This document shows, piece after piece, positions 1-12,176 of a stretch of DNA of 64,000 nucleotides. Position numbers and translations under genes: made by a program. Position 1 is the first letter of the stretch, and the number at the start of each line of letters is the position of its first letter. The DNA comes from Eledone cirrhosa (lineage: Eukaryota), in contig OZ024742.1 of NCBI GenBank assembly GCA_964016885.1, positions 110,670,001 to 110,734,000 of the forward strand. Direction: 5' to 3'. The notes under the pieces are model-generated. The model made no database searches. It was not told where the DNA came from and saw only the letters and a list, made by a program, of their open reading frames with translations.

Positions 1-1738
1 CACATATACACATACACACACACACACACACACAGACACACATACACACTCACATATATATCTATATATATGTGTATGTGTGTGTGCGCACATACACATA
101 TATACACACACACATACAAACACACACAAACACATACATATGCATACGTGCACACACACACACATATATCACATATATACGAAGATAAACATAAAAATAT
201 AAATAGAGAGACATACATATATATACACAACACACATACACATACATACATACACGCATATACATATACATACATATATACACATATATATATTCCTATA
301 TATACAAGCATACACATACATACACATATATACACATACATACACATATACATACAACACATTCACATACACATACATATATAATGCATATATATACATA
401 TATATACATACATATGTATGTACAATCATATATACACACACAATCTTACATTCATATTTGCATGCTCATATATGTATTTTTATATTTAGATATAAATACC
501 CAAACCTATATAGACACCTACCTACATATATATTCATACATAGACGCTTACAAATACAGATGATAATAGTATAGGGGAAAGGGGGGGTTTGGAGAAGGGG
601 ATCAAAGTAAATATATGTTTCAAGAAACATATAATATTTTCCGTATCTTAATTCAATGTATGTTCTTACATATTTTCAGTGCTAGGAAATACGAAATCTA
701 TGCATCTCAAAATAAATAAGTATACCATTAATCATATGTTAACTAAACCAAAGATAGTCAACATATTGATTTCTAAGGTGTAAATTAGTTAGGTTTATAA
801 TATTTGAAGCAGAATTTTGAAGTCAAACAGTAGTAGATTATTAATTACAGTATAACTAAATTAAAGTTAATAACGTTATGGTATCAATATTAGGAGATGA
901 ATTTAGTAATAGGGAAAAGAAACCCAAATAAAAATAAAATAAAGTATTACATCGGTAGTAGCATATAAATTATATGTTAACTAAATTAAAAATTATATAT
1001 TTATTTCAATAGTATACGTTAATTAGTATATGTTAATTAGGTATACAATACATAAAGCAGATATTGTATTTCATCAATAGCATAATATAATTATATGCAA
1101 ATAGAAATCAAAATTAATACGCATACATATACATATACATACACATACACATATACATACATATACACACACACATATATATACATATATATATATATAT
1201 ATACATATATACACATATATACATACATACAGATACACATACACAACACACACATATACATACACATATATATATACATATCTTTTTCAAAAAATTGCAC
1301 AGAATATATTAACTAGGTATATATCCAAAACACATCTCATTCTATGATTACATGACATTCTGCAATTCGTCTGTATAAGGATACTAATTTTAAGCAAATT
1401 AAAATTAAAATTTTTAGGTTGATTAAAACTAAAACCAAATAATAAATATATTTCCAAAATGTATATTAATTAGGTCTATAATACTAAAAATTATTTCTCC
1501 GTCATTGGATACATGATATTATTTTGTTATATTTTATCTGTAAAAGAATTATAATAAAAGGTTTAAATAAATTAAAATTAATCTATAAATTAAATTACTA
1601 AGTATATATTAGTAATATTTAAAGGTTTTTCACAATTTATGATTACATAATATTTTCTCATCTGTAATAAAATATTAATTAAATTAAATTTATAGGTTAA
1701 CTAACATTTAAATTGAATTAATTTCTAGAATAATGTTA

Positions 1739-4201
1739 TTAATTAGGTTTATAATATTTAAATGTTTTTTTTAGTTTATGATTACACGATATAATTAATT
1801 CCTGTCGTTTATTTAATAAGATATCCTTAGACCTCATTATTTCAAATAGTTCTTGGGAACATAATCTACATTCCTTTCTATTATTTTGATAAGGGGTGGC
1901 TCTTTTGAGCACACTCCAGGTCAAATCATATTTTATATTCTTATTTTTATAACTATTGATTTTTTCTGCTAGAGATGTTGTATTAGCCAGTGCGGCATTT
2001 TTAAAACTATGCTTGTGGGTATTAAACCTTGTCTTAAAATTGTTAGAGGTAGCTCCTATATATGAGCAAATAGAATCTTTAGTTTTAACATTACATTTAT
2101 AGACTATGTTGTTAACAAGACAATTCCCTTTTAATGGGCAGTTTGTTTTGTTTCTACAGTTACATCCTTTCGTTAATTCTGTATTTGAGGAGATATTATT
2201 GTTAATTTGATGTACTGGTGGTATACTTATGGTTTTCTTACATTTATATGCATTATATGCACTTATATTTTGTTTTATGTTATTTGTTGTAGAGTATGAG
2301 AATTTAACTGTAGACCTATTTAAGATTTGATGGTATTTGTGGTTTGGCGGGAAGTTTTTCTCAAGGATATAAAAAAATTTTTTAGCAATATTATCCTTAA
2401 CTTGTAAATTAAAAGGAGCATTATACCAAGTAACTCGTCTATTACGGTTTCTATGTTGTTTATTATTTTTATTATTTTTATAGGTTGTATCATGATTTTT
2501 ACTAGGAGGATTAATGTTAATGATCTCACCACAACTATTTTTAGTTATATTTGTAGATTTAGGTGTTTTATCTTTTTTATTAGGAGTTTTATTATTAATA
2601 TTTATTATAGTTGTATGATGAGTAGTTTTTTGAGGGTTACTATACTTTATATTAGAAGATTTAGTATTTTGGGGTATATTGTGGGTGGCATTTAGGTGTG
2701 TACTTTTCATTTGGTGTTTGTTGGTAATATTATGCTGTATGCTTTCAGTATTTTTAGTAGAAGGTATATACTCTAATCTATTTTTGTGGCCACTTCTATC
2801 TAGAGCTTCATTATAAAAGGTCGCATTTTTATCAAATACATCTTGGTTAGAAGAAAGGTTAGAAATTCTAAGTGATATATTATATGCAAGGTTTTTAAGG
2901 ATAGATTTAGGGTGATTAGATTGTGAGTGTATGTAATGTAAGTTTTGGTTAGGTTTATGGTAAGGTTGGTATATACCCGTAGCTAAATCTAAAGTTATAT
3001 CTAGGAAATTTACTACTTTACTTGTTTTTTCAAAAGTAATATTAAGATTATAATAGTCTTTAAGGAAAGTTCTAATATGTTTTTTGTTTTTTTCGATTTC
3101 TGAAAGGCTAAGGTTGTTAGAAAGAAGAAGACAGTCATCACGATATAAACCACCTTTGAGGTGGGGAAAAGAGGCATTTATGTTGAAAAGGAGAAAGAGG
3201 CCCACAAGATCAGTAATTTGGGCGGAATCGCTTGAACCCATAGTAATATCAAAAAGATTACTGTATGTGTTTCTGGTCCAGTATTCATTCTGAAATTCAA
3301 TAAGTGTTAGTCTAGCATGTGTAATAATGTTAATGTCATCCGAAGTTAAATTAGATCTATTTTTAGCAAATATTAATGCTTTGTTCAGGAGTATAGGTGA
3401 TATAGAAGAATAGTAATTATCTATATCAAATTGTAGGAAAGAAGCAGAAGATTTACACCTAATATTTTTAAACCAGTTAATTACCTGGGAGGTGTTTTCC
3501 CAGAGTGGTAAAATAACGTGTTTTCTTATTTGTGGGATGACTCTATCTAAAATTTTTTTGCTAATTATTCCAATATCTGATTTGGAGGGACATATAAGTC
3601 TAATAGAAGGATTAGAGTTAAAGTTAGATTTGTGATCTTTCAGGTTGAAGTGTGGTCTTTTCAATGCCAAAGGTTCAGTTCTATCTTCAATGTTTAGTTT
3701 TTTTACTATGTTGTGTGTTTTGTTGTTGATGTTGGTGAGTGACACATTATTAGATTTTTTATAATTTTTTCTGAGTTCTTTATATATGAACTCATTATAA
3801 TGTTCAATATCCATATGATACAAGTTACCAGTTTTGTCTGAGTGGACATGGATTTTTTTAGACTTTTTTAGGTCCAATAGGGTAGAATCAAGGTCCTTTT
3901 GAAAGACGGATTTATACTTTTTAAATTTGAGGTGTTTAATTAAATTAAAAAGGTCTTTCTCGAAGTCTTCAAGTAAAAAGTTGTGTGGTGGATTCTTGTA
4001 AGTATTGAAATCATACATATATTTCCGATCTGCTTGTTTAGATTTTCTATCGAAGTGGTAGGCTCTCCATCTAACCCTTCTGATAAAATTATTAGTTTTC
4101 TGAATCATAAGGAGTAAGAAGTCGTCCTTAGAAGGTATTGGTATGTTTTTTAAGGAGGTTCCTAAATATTGTTTTTCCATTGTGATATGGATGATGGACA
4201 A
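1739..4201 (-). CDS. PLE polyprotein: reverse transcriptase + C-terminal GIY-YIG endonuclease (first ATG at 4180)
   Basis: RT motifs QFDIDNYYSSI, ITMGSSDSAQITDLVG, GLYRDD, VNFLDITLDL; DKT in place of DKG; CNCR..CPL.GNC, IVY..YIG..FKTRF..H and CRLC..E endonuclease motifs. Protein identical to 9194-11656. Confidence 0.95.
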   Translation of the reverse strand: MSIIHITMEKQYLGTSLKNIPIPSKDDFLLLMIQKTNNFIRRVRWRAYHFDRKSKQADRKYMYDFNTYKNPPHNFLLEDFEKDLFNLIKHLKFKKYKSVFQKDLDSTLLDLKKSKKIHVHSDKTGNLYHMDIEHYNEFIYKELRKNYKKSNNVSLTNINNKTHNIVKKLNIEDRTEPLALKRPHFNLKDHKSNFNSNPSIRLICPSKSDIGIISKKILDRVIPQIRKHVILPLWENTSQVINWFKNIRCKSSASFLQFDIDNYYSSISPILLNKALIFAKNRSNLTSDDINIITHARLTLIEFQNEYWTRNTYSNLFDITMGSSDSAQITDLVGLFLLFNINASFPHLKGGLYRDDCLLLSNNLSLSEIEKNKKHIRTFLKDYYNLNITFEKTSKVVNFLDITLDLATGIYQPYHKPNQNLHYIHSQSNHPKSILKNLAYNISLRISNLSSNQDVFDKNATFYNEALDRSGHKNRLEYIPSTKNTESIQHNITNKHQMKSTHLNATHNIPQNTKSSNIKYSNPQKTTHHTTIININNKTPNKKDKTPKSTNITKNSCGEIININPPSKNHDTTYKNNKNNKQHRNRNRRVTWYNAPFNLQVKDNIAKKFFYILEKNFPPNHKYHQILNRSTVKFSYSTTNNIKQNISAYNAYKCKKTISIPPVHQINNNISSNTELTKGCNCRNKTNCPLKGNCLVNNIVYKCNVKTKDSICSYIGATSNNFKTRFNTHKHSFKNAALANTTSLAEKINSYKNKNIKYDLTWSVLKRATPYQNNRKECRLCSQELFEIMRSKDILLNKRQELIISCNHKLKKTFKYYKPN

Positions 4202-4524
4202 TTGAAAGAGCTCAACTAAATGTATATGGGTTTACAAAATCATACATATATATATGTTTATACATAAATATAAAATTAATACACACATACAGTACAAAAA
4301 TACGAATATTTCCGTGAAAATAGGAGCAAAATTATGTAGATAAATCTACCAAGAGTTTACGGTAGTGTCCAATCCGTATGAAGAACTCAATGTATTCCGG
4401 ATATCATGGAAAGAAGAGATGTAATGAAAATCCACTTTCGGTGAAAGATAAACGGTATACAGAGTCAAGATAAAATATTAAACAAATAATGAATAAACAA
4501 TTCCTTATATTAAACAAAAAAAGG

Positions 4525-4679
4525 TTCATTATTTAACGATCGTTTCTAGGGTATATATGTGTTATAATTGGTATGCATATTCAACAGATCTATGTACAAA
4601 ATTATACAAAATTATACAAATTATCAAGATTAAATATACATACCTAACACATATATACGCCGTCTTCAGAAATAATGAA
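4525..4679 (-). ncRNA. Type I hammerhead ribozyme with 116-nt stem II domain (copy 1)
   Basis: Reverse complement of 8716-8870. Confidence 0.78.
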
Positions 4680-5503
4680 GTATATTTATTGATAATAACA
4701 ACAATTCAAAATATCAGTTCAAAATTGACCAATGAAAACACAAAGGGTTAAAAGCAGTTCGGTGTGTGTATATACATGTAAAATCCTTACACATATTTTA
4801 CAAAAATGTGTGTATAATTTGTATACGCATACTAAAAAGATGGATGCAAACACAAAATTTCAAGGTTAATATCTCCGTAAGCTTAATGCGCTGATAAGAT
4901 GCGCATTGATACTTATGGAGTCAAGCATATAAATATATTTTTTCATACTCACACATATCAGTATAATCACACATACATGCGCGTATATGCATAAATATAC
5001 ACATAACCACGAACATACAAACACACACACTCCCCCACTCACATTTATATATGTGGATATAAAATCATAAGCACATAGAAATTAAATCACTCACATAAAA
5101 CACTGGCACACACATTTCAAGATCAAGATACAGAAATTAGGTGGGAGGGGGGGGGGGAAGGGGTCAGTATTCAATTGTCTGAGCAGACTGCCTAATATAA
5201 ATGTATCTATAAATTAAGAAAAATAAAAAAATAAAACAATAAAATATAATAAATATAATATAATATACATACACATACAGATATATATACACACATACAT
5301 ACATGTACGCGCACATAGAGATATTTACGCATACACACATACACACATACATATACAGTCATACACACACATATACTTACACGAACATACACATACACAT
5401 ATAAAAAGATATATATATACACACACACACGCGCAACACATACACACATACACATATATATAAAAAATAGATAATAAAGATATATATCCATATATATATA
5501 TAT

Positions 5504-5550
<47 letters not shown>

Positions 5551-5613
5551 TATACACATACATACATGTGTGTATATATGTATATATATATACATATATA
5601 TACACATACATAC

Positions 5614-7165
5614 ATATGTGTATATATGTATATATATATATATATATGTATATATATGTGTGTGTGTATATGTATGTATATGTGTATGTGTATGTATATG
5701 TATATGTATGCGTATTAATTTTGATTTCTATTTGCATATAATTATATTATGCTATTGATGAAATACAATATCTGCTTTATGTATTGTATACCTAATTAAC
5801 ATATACTAATTAACGTATACTATTGAAATAAATATATAATTTTTAATTTAGTTAACATATAATTTATATGCTACTACCGATGTAATACTTTATTTTATTT
5901 TTATTTGGGTTTCTTTTCCCTATTACTAAATTCATCTCCTAATATTGATACCATAACGTTATTAACTTTAATTTAGTTATACTGTAATTAATAATCTACT
6001 ACTGTTTGACTTCAAAATTCTGCTTCAAATATTATAAACCTAACTAATTTACACCTTAGAAATCAATATGTTGACTATCTTTGGTTTAGTTAACATATGA
6101 TTAATGGTATACTTATTTATTTTGAGATGCATAGATTTCGTATTTCCTAGCACTGAAAATATGTAAGAACATACATTGAATTAAGATACGGAAAATATTA
6201 TATGTTTCTTGAAACATATATTTACTTTGATCCCCTTCTCCAAACCCCCCCTTTCCCCTATACTATTATCATCTGTATTTGTAAGCGTCTATGTATGAAT
6301 ATATATGTAGGTAGGTGTCTATATAGGTTTGGGTATTTATATCTAAATATAAAAATACATATATGAGCATGCAAATATGAATGTAAGATTGTGTGTGTAT
6401 ATATGATTGTACATACATATGTATGTATATATATGTATATATATGCATTATATATGTATGTGTATGTGAATGTGTTGTATGTATATGTGTATGTATGTGT
6501 ATATATGTGTATGTATGAGTATGATTGTATATATAGGAATATATATATGTGTATATATGTATGTATATGTATATGCGTGTATGTATGTATGTGTATGTGT
6601 GTTGTGTATATATATGTATGTCTCTCTATTTATATTTTTATGTTTATCTTCGTATATATGTGATATATGTGTGTGTGTGTGCACGTATGCATATGTATGT
6701 GTTTGTGTGTGTTTGTATGTGTGTGTGTATATATGTGTATGTGCGCACACACACATACACATATATATAGATATATATGTGAGTGTGTATGTGTGTCTGT
6801 GTGTGTGTGTGTGTGTGTATGTGTATATGTGTATGTATATATATGTGTATATATATATATAGATATATATATATATATATATATAGGTGTCTATGTGTGA
6901 ATATATGTCTTTATTCGTATGTGTGTATTTATGTATGTATATATTTATGTGTATGTATGTATGTGTATGTATGTATGTATATATATATATATATATATAT
7001 GTATATGTATATATATATATGTATATTATTCTTTATTATTATAATATAACTTATGGGTATATGTGTATAAGTGAAGTTGTGTATGTATATATAATATGTG
7101 TATATATAAGAGTAATAAAATATATATATATATATATATGTGCATGTCTGTTTTTTATGTGTGTG

Positions 7166-7201
<36 letters not shown>

Positions 7202-7413
7202 TATACGTGTGTGTATGTAGATATATATATATATATATATACATGTGGGTGTTTGTATGTGTATTTATGGTGGTATGAGTGTGTGGATATATATGTTTAT
7301 ATATATATATATATATATATATGTGTATGAGTCTATGTGTGTGTATATATATATATATGTGTATATATATATATATATGTGTGTGTATATATATGTGTGT
7401 ATATATATATGTA

Positions 7414-7444
<31 letters not shown>

Positions 7445-7708
7445 CTCTATTAATGCGTGTGTGTATGTATATACATGTGCCTTTTTATTATTATTTTTAT
7501 TTGTATGTCTGAGTTTGGTGAGGTTGTATTGTTTTTTTATGTATATACACATATATGGAAGCGTATGTATTTATATATATGAGTATAAGTAGGTGCATAT
7601 GTATGTATGATTATATATCTAATTCTATATATGAAGGTACATCTATATATATATATATGCGTGTGTATGTAAGTTGTGTGTGTATGTATCTATATGTCTA
7701 TGTGAGTG

Positions 7709-7743
<35 letters not shown>

Positions 7744-7838
7744 GTATATCGATGTGCGTATATGTATGTACATGTATGTACATGTATGTGTGTATGTATG
7801 TGTATGTATATTTAGATGTATGTGTATGTATGTGTATA

Positions 7839-7889
<51 letters not shown>

Positions 7890-9058
7890 ATATATATATA
7901 TATGGATATATATCTTTATTATCTATTTTTTATATATATGTGTATGTGTGTATGTGTTGCGCGTGTGTGTGTGTATATATATATCTTTTTATATGTGTAT
8001 GTGTATGTTCGTGTAAGTATATGTGTGTGTATGACTGTATATGTATGTGTGTATGTGTGTATGCGTAAATATCTCTATGTGCGCGTACATGTATGTATGT
8101 GTGTATATATATCTGTATGTGTATGTATATTATATTATATTTATTATATTTTATTGTTTTATTTTTTTATTTTTCTTAATTTATAGATACATTTATATTA
8201 GGCAGTCTGCTCAGACAATTGAATACTGACCCCTTCCCCCCCCCCCCCTCCCACCTAATTTCTGTATCTTGATCTTGAAATGTGTGTGCCAGTGTTTTAT
8301 GTGAGTGATTTAATTTCTATGTGCTTATGATTTTATATCCACATATATAAATGTGAGTGGGGGAGTGTGTGTGTTTGTATGTTCGTGGTTATGTGTATAT
8401 TTATGCATATACGCGCATGTATGTGTGATTATACTGATATGTGTGAGTATGAAAAAATATATTTATATGCTTGACTCCATAAGTATCAATGCGCATCTTA
8501 TCAGCGCATTAAGCTTACGGAGATATTAACCTTGAAATTTTGTGTTTGCATCCATCTTTTTAGTATGCGTATACAAATTATACACACATTTTTGTAAAAT
8601 ATGTGTAAGGATTTTACATGTATATACACACACCGAACTGCTTTTAACCCTTTGTGTTTTCATTGGTCAATTTTGAACTGATATTTTGAATTGTTGTTAT
8701 TATCAATAAATATACTTCATTATTTCTGAAGACGGCGTATATATGTGTTAGGTATGTATATTTAATCTTGATAATTTGTATAATTTTGTATAATTTTGTA
8801 CATAGATCTGTTGAATATGCATACCAATTATAACACATATATACCCTAGAAACGATCGTTAAATAATGAACCTTTTTTTGTTTAATATAAGGAATTGTTT
8901 ATTCATTATTTGTTTAATATTTTATCTTGACTCTGTATACCGTTTATCTTTCACCGAAAGTGGATTTTCATTACATCTCTTCTTTCCATGATATCCGGAA
9001 TACATTGAGTTCTTCATACGGATTGGACACTACCGTAAACTCTTGGTAGATTTATCTA
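5614..9058 (+). repeat. 5' pseudo-LTR (~3.4 kb direct repeat of 12177-15618)
   Basis: Near-identical to 12177-15618 apart from a few substitutions near 6518-6524 and small homopolymer/dinucleotide length differences. Confidence 0.9.
8716..8870 (+). ncRNA. Type I hammerhead ribozyme with 116-nt stem II domain (copy 2)
   Basis: Stem I TTCATTATTT/AAATAATGAA (10 bp); CTGAAGA 8726-8732; long stem II; GAAA 8849-8852; palindromic stem III A-CGATCG-T; GUU triplet with predicted cleavage after 8860. Confidence 0.8.
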
Positions 9059-9193
9059 CATAATTTTGCTCCTATTTTCACGGAAATATTCGTATTTTTG
9101 TACTGTATGTGTGTATTAATTTTATATTTATGTATAAACATATATATATGTATGATTTTGTAAACCCATATACATTTAGTTGAGCTCTTTCAA

Positions 9194-11656
9194 TTGTCCA
9201 TCATCCATATCACAATGGAAAAACAATATTTAGGAACCTCCTTAAAAAACATACCAATACCTTCTAAGGACGACTTCTTACTCCTTATGATTCAGAAAAC
9301 TAATAATTTTATCAGAAGGGTTAGATGGAGAGCCTACCACTTCGATAGAAAATCTAAACAAGCAGATCGGAAATATATGTATGATTTCAATACTTACAAG
9401 AATCCACCACACAACTTTTTACTTGAAGACTTCGAGAAAGACCTTTTTAATTTAATTAAACACCTCAAATTTAAAAAGTATAAATCCGTCTTTCAAAAGG
9501 ACCTTGATTCTACCCTATTGGACCTAAAAAAGTCTAAAAAAATCCATGTCCACTCAGACAAAACTGGTAACTTGTATCATATGGATATTGAACATTATAA
9601 TGAGTTCATATATAAAGAACTCAGAAAAAATTATAAAAAATCTAATAATGTGTCACTCACCAACATCAACAACAAAACACACAACATAGTAAAAAAACTA
9701 AACATTGAAGATAGAACTGAACCTTTGGCATTGAAAAGACCACACTTCAACCTGAAAGATCACAAATCTAACTTTAACTCTAATCCTTCTATTAGACTTA
9801 TATGTCCCTCCAAATCAGATATTGGAATAATTAGCAAAAAAATTTTAGATAGAGTCATCCCACAAATAAGAAAACACGTTATTTTACCACTCTGGGAAAA
9901 CACCTCCCAGGTAATTAACTGGTTTAAAAATATTAGGTGTAAATCTTCTGCTTCTTTCCTACAATTTGATATAGATAATTACTATTCTTCTATATCACCT
10001 ATACTCCTGAACAAAGCATTAATATTTGCTAAAAATAGATCTAATTTAACTTCGGATGACATTAACATTATTACACATGCTAGACTAACACTTATTGAAT
10101 TTCAGAATGAATACTGGACCAGAAACACATACAGTAATCTTTTTGATATTACTATGGGTTCAAGCGATTCCGCCCAAATTACTGATCTTGTGGGCCTCTT
10201 TCTCCTTTTCAACATAAATGCCTCTTTTCCCCACCTCAAAGGTGGTTTATATCGTGATGACTGTCTTCTTCTTTCTAACAACCTTAGCCTTTCAGAAATC
10301 GAAAAAAACAAAAAACATATTAGAACTTTCCTTAAAGACTATTATAATCTTAATATTACTTTTGAAAAAACAAGTAAAGTAGTAAATTTCCTAGATATAA
10401 CTTTAGATTTAGCTACGGGTATATACCAACCTTACCATAAACCTAACCAAAACTTACATTACATACACTCACAATCTAATCACCCTAAATCTATCCTTAA
10501 AAACCTTGCATATAATATATCACTTAGAATTTCTAACCTTTCTTCTAACCAAGATGTATTTGATAAAAATGCGACCTTTTATAATGAAGCTCTAGATAGA
10601 AGTGGCCACAAAAATAGATTAGAGTATATACCTTCTACTAAAAATACTGAAAGCATACAGCATAATATTACCAACAAACACCAAATGAAAAGTACACACC
10701 TAAATGCCACCCACAATATACCCCAAAATACTAAATCTTCTAATATAAAGTATAGTAACCCTCAAAAAACTACTCATCATACAACTATAATAAATATTAA
10801 TAATAAAACTCCTAATAAAAAAGATAAAACACCTAAATCTACAAATATAACTAAAAATAGTTGTGGTGAGATCATTAACATTAATCCTCCTAGTAAAAAT
10901 CATGATACAACCTATAAAAATAATAAAAATAATAAACAACATAGAAACCGTAATAGACGAGTTACTTGGTATAATGCTCCTTTTAATTTACAAGTTAAGG
11001 ATAATATTGCTAAAAAATTTTTTTATATCCTTGAGAAAAACTTCCCGCCAAACCACAAATACCATCAAATCTTAAATAGGTCTACAGTTAAATTCTCATA
11101 CTCTACAACAAATAACATAAAACAAAATATAAGTGCATATAATGCATATAAATGTAAGAAAACCATAAGTATACCACCAGTACATCAAATTAACAATAAT
11201 ATCTCCTCAAATACAGAATTAACGAAAGGATGTAACTGTAGAAACAAAACAAACTGCCCATTAAAAGGGAATTGTCTTGTTAACAACATAGTCTATAAAT
11301 GTAATGTTAAAACTAAAGATTCTATTTGCTCATATATAGGAGCTACCTCTAACAATTTTAAGACAAGGTTTAATACCCACAAGCATAGTTTTAAAAATGC
11401 CGCACTGGCTAATACAACATCTCTAGCAGAAAAAATCAATAGTTATAAAAATAAGAATATAAAATATGATTTGACCTGGAGTGTGCTCAAAAGAGCCACC
11501 CCTTATCAAAATAATAGAAAGGAATGTAGATTATGTTCCCAAGAACTATTTGAAATAATGAGGTCTAAGGATATCTTATTAAATAAACGACAGGAATTAA
11601 TTATATCGTGTAATCATAAACTAAAAAAAACATTTAAATATTATAAACCTAATTAA
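9194..11656 (+). CDS. PLE polyprotein: reverse transcriptase + GIY-YIG endonuclease (first ATG at 9215)
   Basis: Uninterrupted 820-codon ORF with RT (YRDD) and GIY-YIG (IVY..YIG) motifs; N-terminal SLKNIPIPS..FIRRVRWRA motif. Confidence 0.95.
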   Translation: MSIIHITMEKQYLGTSLKNIPIPSKDDFLLLMIQKTNNFIRRVRWRAYHFDRKSKQADRKYMYDFNTYKNPPHNFLLEDFEKDLFNLIKHLKFKKYKSVFQKDLDSTLLDLKKSKKIHVHSDKTGNLYHMDIEHYNEFIYKELRKNYKKSNNVSLTNINNKTHNIVKKLNIEDRTEPLALKRPHFNLKDHKSNFNSNPSIRLICPSKSDIGIISKKILDRVIPQIRKHVILPLWENTSQVINWFKNIRCKSSASFLQFDIDNYYSSISPILLNKALIFAKNRSNLTSDDINIITHARLTLIEFQNEYWTRNTYSNLFDITMGSSDSAQITDLVGLFLLFNINASFPHLKGGLYRDDCLLLSNNLSLSEIEKNKKHIRTFLKDYYNLNITFEKTSKVVNFLDITLDLATGIYQPYHKPNQNLHYIHSQSNHPKSILKNLAYNISLRISNLSSNQDVFDKNATFYNEALDRSGHKNRLEYIPSTKNTESIQHNITNKHQMKSTHLNATHNIPQNTKSSNIKYSNPQKTTHHTTIININNKTPNKKDKTPKSTNITKNSCGEIININPPSKNHDTTYKNNKNNKQHRNRNRRVTWYNAPFNLQVKDNIAKKFFYILEKNFPPNHKYHQILNRSTVKFSYSTTNNIKQNISAYNAYKCKKTISIPPVHQINNNISSNTELTKGCNCRNKTNCPLKGNCLVNNIVYKCNVKTKDSICSYIGATSNNFKTRFNTHKHSFKNAALANTTSLAEKINSYKNKNIKYDLTWSVLKRATPYQNNRKECRLCSQELFEIMRSKDILLNKRQELIISCNHKLKKTFKYYKPN

Positions 11657-12176
11657 TAACATTATTCTAGAAATTAATTTAATTTAAATGTTAGTTAACC
11701 TATAAATTTAATTTAATTAATATTTTATTACAGATGAGAAAATATTATGTAATCATAAATTGTGAAAAACCTTTAAATATTACTAATATATACTTAGTAA
11801 TTTAATTTATAGATTAATTTTAATTTATTTAAACCTTTTATTATAATTCTTTTACAGATAAAATATAACAAAATAATATCATGTATCCAATGACGGAGAA
11901 ATAATTTTTAGTATTATAGACCTAATTAATATACATTTTGGAAATATATTTATTATTTGGTTTTAGTTTTAATCAACCTAAAAATTTTAATTTTAATTTG
12001 CTTAAAATTAGTATCCTTATACAGACGAATTGCAGAATGTCATGTAATCATAGAATGAGATGTGTTTTGGATATATACCTAGTTAATATATTCTGTGCAA
12101 TTTTTTGAAAAAGATATGTATATATATATGTGTATGTATATGTGTGTGTTGTGTATGTGTATCTGTATGTATGTAT

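Larger units (their letters stand above)
1..5566 (-). mobile_element. Penelope-like retroelement (Hydra-clade-like), inverted copy running off the window start
   Basis: Mirror image of 7829-13394 (coordinates sum to 13395); contains the intact RT-GIY-YIG ORF and the pLTR hammerhead. Confidence 0.93.

Noticed and set aside
574-600. G-quadruplex-like G runs in the pLTR
   Set aside because: Irregular runs, and there is no evidence of function from sequence alone.
8475-8522. SECIS element (some PLEs encode selenoproteins)
   Set aside because: No AUGA/GA quartet or apical AA motif in a proper position, and the 820-aa ORF has no in-frame TGA.
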